DNA from: Isurus oxyrinchus
Taxonomy: Eukaryota
DNA: 64,000 nucleotides
Reading direction: 5' to 3'
Assembly (NCBI GenBank): GCA_026770705.1
Contig: JANJGN010000016.1
Location: 88,040,001 to 88,104,000 of the forward strand
A program made the position numbers and the translations under genes. Shown here in pieces: positions 47,201 through 56,811 of this stretch (the first letter of the stretch is position 1; each line of letters starts with the position of its first letter). The notes beneath the pieces are model-generated. The model was not told the DNA's origin and did not search any database. It saw only the letters and a list, made by a program, of their open reading frames with translations.

Positions 47201-50175
47201 CTGGAGTGAGTGATGCCAGGGTTGGTGGGGTGGGTGATTCCGGGAGTGGGGGTGAGGGTTGTGGATGATGCCGGTGGTGGTGGTGTGGGTGATGCTGGGA
47301 GTGGGGTGGGGGTGGGTGATGCCAGTGTTGGGGGTGTGGGTGTTGCTGGCGGTGAGGGGGTGGGTGATGCGGTGGGTGGTTGCGGTGGGTGATGCTGGGG
47401 GTGGGGGGATTTATGATGGTGGGAGTGGTTTGGTGGGTGAAGCCAGGGGTGAGAGGGTGTGTGATGCCGGGTGTGGGGGTGGTGGGTGTTGCCGGGGGTG
47501 GGGGCGTGGGTGTTGCTGGGGTGATGCCAGTAGTGAGGGGGTGGATGATGCTGGGGTGAGGGTTTGAGTGATGCCAGGGGTGTGGGGTTGGGTGATGCCG
47601 GCGGTGGAGGTGTGGGTGATGCCGGGGGTGGGGGGGGTGATGCCGTGGGTGAGGGGGTATGTGATGCCCCGGGTGAGGGGGTGTGTGATGCCGGGAATGG
47701 GATGGTGGGTGATGCTGGGAGTGGGGCAGTGGGTGATGCTGGTGGGGTGGGGTGTTTGTTGAAGCCAGTGGTGAGGTGGTGTGTGATGTTGGGTGTGGGG
47801 CTGGTGGGTGTTGCCTGGGGTGAGGGGTTGGGTGATGCCGGGGGTGGGGGGAGTGGTGATGCCTTGTATGGGGGGGTGGGTAATGCCGGTGGTGAGGGGT
47901 TGTGTGATGCTGGGGGTGGGTGATGCCGTAGGTGGTGGTGTGTGATGCCGGGGGTGAGGGGATGGTTGATGCCGAGGATGGTGGTGTTGGTGATGGCGGG
48001 GTCAGGGGGTGGGTGATGCTGTTGGTGGGGGTGTGGTTAGGTGATGCCAGGGGCTGTGGGTGAGGTGGTTGATGCCAGGGATGGTGGGGTGGGTGATGCC
48101 GGGAGTGGGTGATCCCTGGGTTGGTGGGGTGGGTGATGCCGGGAGTGTGGGTGGGGGTTTGTGGGTGTTGCCGGTGGTGGTGTTGTGGGTGATGCCAGGA
48201 GTAGGGGGGGCAGAGTGGGTGATGCCAGTGTTGGGAGTGTGGGTGCTGCTGGCGGTGAGGGGGTGGGTGATGCGGAGGGTGGGGCTGGTGGGTGATGCCA
48301 GGGGTAGTGGGGGTGGATGATGCCAGGGTGGGTGATGGCAGTGTTTAGGGTGTGGGTGATGCTAGGGGTGGGGGGGATTTATGATGCCAGGAATGGGGTC
48401 ATGGGTGAAGCCAGGTGTTAAGGGGTGTGTGATGCTGGGGGTGGGGTGGTGGCTGTTGCCAGGGGTGGGGCGATGGGTCATGCTGCGGGTGGGTGATTCT
48501 GGTGCTGGGGGTGGGGTTGGGTGTTGCCAGGGTTGGGGGGGGGGTGGTGATGTGGGGCCTGAGATAGTGGGTGATGCCAAGGGTTGGTGGGGTGTGTGAT
48601 GCTGGGAGTGAGGGGGAGGGTGATGCCGGAGTAGGGGGCGTGGATGATGCCGGGAGTGGGGTTGGGTTTTGTGGGTGATGCCGGTGTTGAGGGCTTGGCT
48701 GATGCCGGGGATGTAGGGGGTGGGTGATGCCAGGGGTGGGGGGTGTGGGTGATGCCGGGGATGGGGGAATAGGTGAGGCTGGGGGTGTAGGGGGTGGGTG
48801 CTGCCAGGGTTGTGGGCGTGGGTGATGCCTGGGATAAGGGGGGATGGGTGATGCCGGGGGTGGGGGCATGGTTGATGTCGAGAGTGGGGGTGTTGGTGAT
48901 GGCGGGGATGGTGGGTGAGGGACCCGTGGGTGGGGGGTTTGTATGATGCTGGGGGTGATGGAGTGGGTAATGCCATAGATGGTGTGTTAGATGTTGCCAG
49001 GTTTGGGGCAGTGGGTGAGGACGGGCTTGAGGGGTTGGGTGATGCCGGGGTAGGGTGTGTGGTTGTTGCCACGAGTGGGGGTGGGCCTGGGGGTTTTGGG
49101 TAATGCCGGTGGTGGTGGGGTGGGTGATGCCAGTGTTGGGGGTGTGGGTGTTGCTGGCAGTGAGGGTGTGGGTGATGCCGGGGGTAGGGGGGGTGGATTA
49201 TTCCGGGGATGGGTGATGGCAGTGTTTGGGGGGTGGGTGATGCTGGGGGTGGAGGGGATTTATGATGCCGGGAGTGGGGTGGTGGGTGATGCCAGGGTTG
49301 TGGGGTGTTGGGTGAAGCCAGGGGTCAGGGGTTGTGTGATGCCGAGGGTGGGGTTGGTGGGTGTTGCTGGAGGTGGGTGGGTGTTGCCGGGGGTGAATGA
49401 TGCCGGAGGTTGGGGGTGTTGGTGATGCCGGGGGTGGGGAAATTGGTCATGCCAGGGGTGGGTGATGCCGGCAGTGGGGTGGGTGATGATGCCGGGGCTG
49501 AGATGGTGGGTGATGCCACGGGTGACATGGTTGGTGATGCCGGGGGTGGGATGGGGGGGTGATGCCGGAGGTGAAGGTGTGGGTAATGCCGGGAGTGAGG
49601 TGGTGTGTGATGCCAGGTATGGGATGGTGGGTAATGTCGGGGCTGCGGCGTTGGGTGATGCCTGGTGTGAGGGGGTGTGTGATGCCAGGGGTGAGGTTTT
49701 GGGTGGGTGATGCCATGGGTGGGGGTGTGGGTGATGCCGGGGGATGGGCGGTGGGTGATGCTGGGTCTAAGGGTGTGGGTGATGCCGGGGGTGGTGCTGT
49801 GGGTGATGCCGGGTGTTGGGGGCTGGGTGATGCCGGGGGTGGGGGTGTGGGTGATGCCGGGGGTGAAGGGGTGGGAAATGCCGCGGGTGAGGGGCTGGTT
49901 GATGCCGGGTGTGGGGTTGTGGGTGATGCCGGGAGTGAGGGCCTGGGTGATGCCGATGGTGGGGGTGTGGGTGAGGCCGGGGGTGATGGTTGGGTGATGC
50001 CGGGGGTGGTGGGGTGGGTGATGCCGGGGGTGGTGGGGTGGGTGATGCCGGGGGTGAAGGGGGTGGGTGATGACGGGGGTGGTGGGGTGGGTGATGCCGG
50101 GGGTGGTGGGGTGGGTGATGCCGGGGGTGAGGTGGTGGGTGATGACGGGGATGGGGAATGTGGGTGATGCCCGGG
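14240..50175 (+). repeat. ~36-kb G-rich, strand-asymmetric satellite; ~24-bp monomer GGGTGATGCCGGGGGTGGTGGGGT with higher-order duplications
   Basis: The GTGATGCC/GTGATGCT core recurs about every 23-24 nt throughout; the cleanest monomers are at ~49990-50150; sharp boundaries. Confidence 0.98.
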
Positions 50176-51869
50176 GTGTTGGAAGCTGGTCTCAGGGTAA
50201 AACCTGAGCACCACCATTTCCCAAAGTGACCCAGTGACCCGGGTGAATAATTAGGTCTGAAAACAATGGCCAGGGGAGGGGTCAGAGGGCGTGTGGGAGG
50301 AGCCAACGACTGCACTTTTGGGCTGATTGACGGGGCTCCCGAATAATGAGCCATTCAGGACATGGAGAGCAAGGCTCTGCTGGGACATGTTAGCTAGATT
50401 CAAACACCAATTGGAGGATTTGGGCATCTTCCGAAATCTCTCATTTGATGGGGAATCTAAAAGGTTAAAATGTGAATTGCTAATTAGCATTAATAGGAAA
50501 ATATAAGTAGAAAGAGCAACTTGACATAAAAAATTGAGGAATATGGCTGTAGGATTTGGATTCTAGCCACAGAGCCAGCTAATACAGAAGAGCTTGAGGT
50601 AGTTTACAGCTGGAAGCGTGTCATACAGCTGGGCTTTCTCTAGACAGGAACAAGTGTTTTCCGAAATAACCTCACATGTGATAAGAAATGTGTTTTCCTG
50701 AAGAAACAAAGCAGAACGGAAGCTGGATTTTAATTCAGCTGAACTTTCTCCTCAAAAAGACGCATGTCCAGCAGACAAAGGAAGCTTGTTTCACATCTGC
50801 AGACACTGTCTTTAAAATAACCCCATCAGACTTAGGTCAGTCGGCCATCTTTGGACATAAAGGGTCAAAGTTCAATTTTGAGAATCCCCCTGGGTTGAGA
50901 CAGAGAAACATCAACATTCAATAAAACCATCTGGAATTCATGAGTAAATATCTTTCTTCATTGTTGCTGTTTGTTTGAGTTTTCCAACAATATTTGCTGA
51001 TAAGGTGGATTTATAAATTTCATGTATTTAAGACGACATTATTGATGTGATGCTTAGCTTTGGTTATCATTTATAACTTCAAGTATAAGCTATCACCTAT
51101 AATGGGCTTCAATAAAATGTATATGTTCTTGAAGCATATAGAACATGTAATCTGAAATATTTCTTACCTCCAGAATCCACATAAATTCACAACTCTAGAA
51201 GTCTTCGTCAGATTTCTAGGAGCTGATATTGGAAAACATTGAAAACGCTGGTTGACTACGACAGGCCTCAATGTATGTCCCATCCTCAGACTATTTTGTG
51301 GGCTTGGAGACTCCTGGAGGAGAGGACTTGTATTTGAGGCCCAGTCTCAGACTATGTTACTTTAATGCTTAGAATCTCTTTTAGTCGAGGCTTTAAGCTA
51401 ACAATAAGTTGAAGGAAGTTGGCTTAACTTGCCGGAGGGTAAAGAGAGTGGAACCATGAACAGGCACCTTAACCCATGGTGCACATTCCTCTGAGAACCA
51501 ATGAAGGATTGACGCCATGATTGGATTGGATTCCAATGACCCTTTGCCCCTCTTGTAGGAAAGTGCAAAGGTCAGAAGGATCCAACTGTAAATGGGCTAC
51601 GTCCAAAGTGCATATGCCTCATGCCCCAAAGACCTCCAGGCCTCGCAGCTGATAGGTTCAGGCTTGGCACATCTTCCTGATCCATGTTATTCCAGTAGAG
51701 TAATTTCGGGCTGTGCTCTAATCCAAAGGATTGAGTTTGACAGGGCCCTGACTCAGGCTGATATCACCTTCCAGCACTCATTCAGATCCAACCCCCTTTG
51801 TGAAAGCTCTGTCATGGCTGGGGTTTTAGTGGGGGTGGGGGAAGGGTGGGTGGTCCTACCGGTGACCGT

Positions 51870-52110
51870 TAAGGCAGAGCTAGAGTCCATTATTAAGGAA
51901 GAAATAGCAGGACATTTAGACAAGCTTAAAGCAATCAAACAGAGACAACATGGTTTTGTGAAGGGAAATCAGGTTTGACAAATTCGCTAGAGTTCTTTGA
52001 GGATGTAACAAGCAGAGTTGATAAGGGGAAACCGGTAGATGTCGTGTATTTGGATTTGCAGGAGGCATTTGATAAGGTGTCACATAAAAGGTCATTGCAC
52101 ATGATAGGAG
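51870..52110 (+). mobile_element. CR1 reverse-transcriptase fragment
   Basis: LESIIKEEIAGHLDK...QHGFVKG, TN.LEFFEDVTSRVDKGKPVDVVYLD.QEAFDKVSHKR. Confidence 0.92.
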
Positions 52111-52111
52111 G

Positions 52112-52770
52112 AACACACCCACACTCAGAGACACACACCTACAGGCAGTACTGGGTAACACACCCACTCTCAGAGACACACACCTACAGGCAGTACTGGG
52201 TAACACACTCACACACAGAGACACACACCTACAGACAGTACTGGGTAACACACCCACACTCAGAGACACACACCTACAGGCAGTACTGGGTAACAGTCAC
52301 ACCCACACTCAGAGACACACACCTACAGACAGTACTGGGTAGCACACCCACACTCAGAGACACACACCTACAGATAGTACTGGGTAACACACCCACACAC
52401 AGAGACACACACCTACAGGCAGTACTGGGTAACACACTCACACACAGAGACACACACCTACAGACAGTACTGGGTCATAGTCACATGCACACACAGAGAC
52501 ACACACCTACAGGCAGTACTGGGTAACACACCCACACACAGAGACACACACCTACAGACAGTACTGGGTAACACACCCACACACAGAGACACACACCTAC
52601 AGACAGTACTGGGTAACACACCCACACTCAGACACACACCTACAGACAGTACTGGGTAACACACCCACACACAGAGACACACACCTACAGACAGTACTGG
52701 GTAACACACCCACACTCAGAGACACACACCTACAGACAGTACTGGGTCATAGTCACACGCACACACAGGG
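52112..52770. repeat. 45-bp CA-rich minisatellite, about 14 copies
   Basis: ACACACCCACACTCAGAGACACACACCTACAGGCAGTACTGGGTA unit (15-aa periodicity). Confidence 0.95.
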
Positions 52771-53419
52771 TCATGTACATTGTGATATCCTGACTGCTCC
52801 TCTCTGTAATCTGAGTCCTCACTCGGGTCAGTTTTGTGCTGTTATCATGAACCCCGGGTTAAGGAGAGAGAAATGAACATTGTGACTGTGTCCTCGAGAC
52901 CTGAGATTTCCCCGAGCTCATTTCAGGCATTACCCAGCAGTCAGCACAGAGTGCACAGCATGATCCCACCAGCTGGAACAACTCCAGTGTTCCGAGTGAA
53001 GAGTGAATGCCCAACTACAAATTCTATTTATGGTAAATTTTGATAATTCTCCTAATGTTTAGGGTTTGTTGTTGGTCTGTAACATCAATGGATTTTATTG
53101 TTGAGCACATTTTAAATTGAATGGTTCAGGCTGAATTTCTGTTGGTGAGACACTCGGCAGTCAAGGCTGTTGGGGTACGTTACAGGGAGACAGTTACTGG
53201 TGGGAAAATACACTTCATTGTTTTCTGACTTTCCGTTGCCTCAGAGTCTGGATTCAGCAGCCCCAGGTTTGAAGGAATGGTTAAAAATTTCACAGTGAAA
53301 TGTAAACTCTGGTCTCCCAGGAAACAAGGGATGGACATTTGTCTTTAGCCCACATGGCTCTCCTTCCAGAGGTGGGGTCACACGAGGTGATTCACAGCCT
53401 AAACCAATGGAAAAGGTGA

Positions 53420-53950
53420 ATTTATAATCTACAAGGCAGAGTCAGGAGTTTGATGGAAGACTCTCCACTTGCCTGGATGATTGGAACTCCAACAATACTC
53501 AAGAAGCTGGACTCCATCCCAGACAAAGCAGCCGCCTGATTGGCACCCCTTCCACAAACATTCACTCCCTCCAACACCGACGCACAGTAGCAGCAGTGTG
53601 TACCATCTACAAGATGCACTGCAGAAACTCACCAAGGCTCCATGAGCAGCACCTTCCAAACCCATGACCATCTAGAAGGACATGAGCACCAGATAGATGG
53701 GCGCATCACCATCTGGAAGTTCCCCTACAAGTCGCTCGACATCCTGACTTGGAAATATATCACCGTTCCTTCACTGTCACTGGGTCAAATTCCTGGAACT
53801 CCCTCCCTAACAGCACTGTGGGTGTACCTACACCACAGGGACTGAAGCAGTTCAAGACGGCAGCTCACCACCACCTTCTCAAGGGGCAATTAGGGATGGG
53901 CAATAAGAGCTCACCTGATCAGGGACACCCACATCTCGTAAAAGAATGAA
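53420..53950 (+). mobile_element. 3' end of a CR1/L2-group LINE (same family as 13765-14235)
   Basis: IYKA.VRSLME.SPLAWM...PT.LKKLDSI.DKAA; tail caaggggcaattagggatgggcaata. Confidence 0.85.
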
Positions 53951-54476
53951 GAAATATTTGGAATATTTCCAAATAAGGGAATGCGGAATAATGAGGAGTG
54001 GGGATAAAAGTTGGAAAATTGAAATTGTTGTTAGCCCAGTGTTTCCATGGTTTCTGGGGTCTGACACAGTCCAACATCACTTCAAAGACAGAGAAGGGAA
54101 AGACATCGCCTGTCCTGGCAACGCTCAAGGACTCCTAGGAACTGGAGGGAGAAGAGATTTCCATGTTGTCTTCACTGTGTTTTTGTAAAGTTTACATAAA
54201 TCTTGCTTAATAAATTTGAAGTGATACATAAATACTAATTATTCATCCCTCCTTAGGCCTGGCACAACTGAGGACACACGTGTTAGAAATTAAGCATTCG
54301 GAACTTAGGAATTTTAATGAGAAGGATTTTATTCCTCAAAACCCTTAAATCTTCCATTATAAAGTTCCTTTAACATGAAATGTCACACAGGAGCTTTAGA
54401 AAACAAAATATGTCACCGAGACAAATAAGGAGATGTTGGTCCAGATGACTAAAAGATTGGTCAAAGAGGATGGATC

Positions 54477-55235
54477 GGGCCCAGATTTTCACTAAGTGCT
54501 GGAGTGGGTGGGAAAAAGGACGTTTTACCCTCTGGCTGCATTGGCGGCTTTTCACACTGTATCGTCCCCTTCCCGGCACATCCCGGCTCAGGAACAGCGT
54601 ATTCTCGGGAAACATCGGGCCTCTGGTGCAGCGGCCTCTGATTCGCCTGATCTACCATCACCTCAGGCCTTCAGTAATCCGGCCGCCATATTTAAAGGCT
54701 GCCCCTGCACAGAGCTCACACTCTTCACGGGATAGGAAGCTGCTGGGAACTGATGGCTGCTAAAGGGAGGAAACATGCTGCCCCCAGATTTACTGACACC
54801 TCCCTTGAGAACCTACTGGACACAGTGGAGGCCCAACATGATGCCCTTTACCCCTCCTCTGGAGAAGACCAGTGAGCAAGCTCTCCAATCCAGCATGGGA
54901 GGTGGTAGCAGCGGTGGTCAGTGCCAATGCCCTGCAAAAGAGGACAGCAACCCAGTGCCACAAGAGGATGAATTATCTCCTCCGTTCCGCCAGGGTATGT
55001 TCCTCTTCTCATCACTCTCAACTCACACACTCACAAACCCATCACACACCCACAGGGCCCTCACTCACTGCCTGTTCAAGGGACATCACCATTCAGTCTC
55101 TCACACTCACCGTCATTGTCCTCATCCTGTCCATGGCACCACTCACCACCCACACAGACCTTATCATCTGACCTGGCAGGCATTCTGCTAACATTCTCTC
55201 TATCTCAATCTATGCAGGACCTACTGGTACACAAG
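54477..55235 (+). mobile_element. PIF/Harbinger-type transposon relic with a frameshifted Myb/SANT-like DNA-binding exon (54753-54994)
   Basis: MAAKGRKHAAPRFTDTSLENLLDTVEAQHDALYPSSG, then a frameshift, then SKLSNPAWEVVAAVVSANALQKRTATQCHKRMNYLLRSAR, donor GTATGT at 54995; gggcccagatttt end-like motif at 54477. Confidence 0.75.
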
Positions 55236-55239
55236 CCTC

Positions 55240-56480
55240 TGACATGTCTTCCTTCTTCCTTAACCAAGGTTTTCCACACACAGTGGTTGACAGGGCCCTC
55301 AACCGTGTCCGGCCCATCTCCTGCACATCCGCCCTCACGCCTTCCTCTCCCTCCCAGAAACATGATAGGGTCCCCCTTGTCCACACTTATCACCCCACCA
55401 GCCTCCGCATTCAAAGGATCATCCTCCGCAATTTCCACCAACTCCAGCACCTAACACATCTTCCCTTCACCCCCCCCACCATGGCGGCATTCCATAGGGA
55501 TCATTCCCTCTGGGACACCCTGGTCCACTTTTCCATCACCCCCAACACCTCAATCCCCCCACACAGCACCTTCTCATGCAACCACAGAAGGTGCAACACC
55601 TGCCCCTTTACTTCCCCCCTCCTCACTGTCCAAGGGCCCAAACATTCCTTTCAAGTGAAGCAGCATTTCACTTGCACTTCCCTCAATTTGGTCTCCTGCA
55701 TTCGCTGCTCCCAATGCGGTCTCCTCTACATTGGAGAGACCAAACGCAGACTGGGTGACCACTTTGCAGAACACCTTCAGTCTGTCAGCAGACATGACCC
55801 AGACCTCCCTGTCGCTTGCCATTTCAATGCACCACCCTGCTCTCATGTCCACATGTCCATCCTTGGCTTGCTGCAATGTTCCAGTGACGCTCATTGCAAA
55901 CTGGAGGAACAGCACCTCATCTTCCGACCAGGCACTTTACAGCCTTTCGGACTGAATATTGAGTTCAACAATTTCAGAATATGAACTCTCTCCTCCATCC
56001 CCACCCCCTTTCCGACCCCCCTTTTTCCAATAATTTATAATTTAAAAAAGTTTATATTTTTCTTTTCCCACCTATTTTTAAATTTATTTCGATCTATTGT
56101 TTTATCTCCACCTTTGAGCCCATTTCCATCCCCTCCCCACACCCCACCCCCACTAGGGCCATCTGCCACTAGCTTGTCCTGCTTGCTACTCTTAATGTCC
56201 CCATTAGCACATTCCTTAGGTAATAACACCAACATCAACCCCCCTTTGTCCTTTTGTCTATGACATCTTTGGCAATCTCTTCTTTGCCTCCGCCTATCAC
56301 TGGCCCCCTATCCAGCTCTACCTGTGCCCCCCACCCCCCTCTACCAGCTTATATTTCACCTCATTTCTCTATTTCGTTAGCTCTGATGAAGAGTCATGTG
56401 GACTTGAAACGTTAACTGTATTCCTCTCTGCAGATGCTGTCAGACCTGCTGAGTTTTTCCAGGAATTAATGTTTTTGTCC
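55240..56480 (+). mobile_element. Penelope-like retroelement, 5'-truncated, GIY-YIG endonuclease ORF 55244-55984 plus 3' pLTR region
   Basis: RVPLV.TYHP, C..RRCNTC, FTCTS.NLV.CIRCSQCGLLYIGETKRRL..HFAEHL, PVACHFN, EQHLIFR.GTLQP.GLN; 3' cagatgctgtcagacctgctgag motif. Confidence 0.93.
56378..56418 (+). ncRNA. Minimal hammerhead ribozyme motif in the Penelope pLTR (possibly degenerate)
   Basis: CTGATGA 56383-56389, stem II GAGTC/GACTT, GAAA 56406-56409, palindromic AACGTT stem III, stem I TAGCT/AACTG with one mismatch. Confidence 0.65.
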
Positions 56481-56574
56481 CTTGTGTCTTAACTGGCCTA
56501 TAATTTCTATGCCTTCGTGACTCACTTGCTCTCTCTTCGAAATTTGGCTGTGCATCTCCCCTTGCTGAATCTAA

Positions 56575-56805
56575 TCTCAGGATCCCAACCCCCTGCCAAG
56601 TTAGTTTAAACTCTCCCCAACAGCACTAGCAAAACCCCCGCAAGGATGTTGGACCCATTTCGGTTCAGGTGCAACCCATCCACCTTGTTACAGGTCCCAT
56701 CGCCCCCAGAAACCGTCCCAATGTCCCATAAATCTAAAACCCTCCCTCCTGCTCCACCTCTCCATCCACACGTTCATCTGGACTAACCTCCTATTTCTAT
56801 ACTTA
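56575..56805 (-). mobile_element. CR1 ORF1 (SGNH esterase-like) fragment
   Basis: Minus translation RNRRLVQMNVWMERWSRREGFRFMGHWDGFWGRWDL...DGLHLNRNGSNILAG...AVGESLN. Confidence 0.85.
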
Positions 56806-56811
56806 CCTGCG

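Noticed and set aside
14240-50175. Very long Pro/Thr/His-rich minus-strand ORFs (e.g. 39139-43707, 1522 aa) and Gly/Val-rich plus-strand ORFs resembling mucins or extensins
   Set aside because: The C-rich strand of the monomer has almost no stop codons. All three frames (PGITH/PASP/RHHP) alternate within each ORF, with no frame preference, signal peptide or unique domain.
50180-51860. Possible LTR or unknown gene after the array (AATAAA and CCAAT motifs)
   Set aside because: No paired LTR, primer-binding site, recognisable ORF or exon structure that I can support by eye.
13765-53950. Inverted LINE 3' ends (13765-14235 and 53420-53950) as termini of a composite element carrying the array
   Set aside because: The copies are clearly diverged members of an abundant family, the right one is more than 3 kb from the array edge, and no TSD is seen.
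53291-54179. Candidate KDE-like RSS heptamers at 53291, 53814 and 54173 (also 14136)
   Set aside because: Nonamer positions match at most about 4/9, and two of them lie inside LINE fragments.
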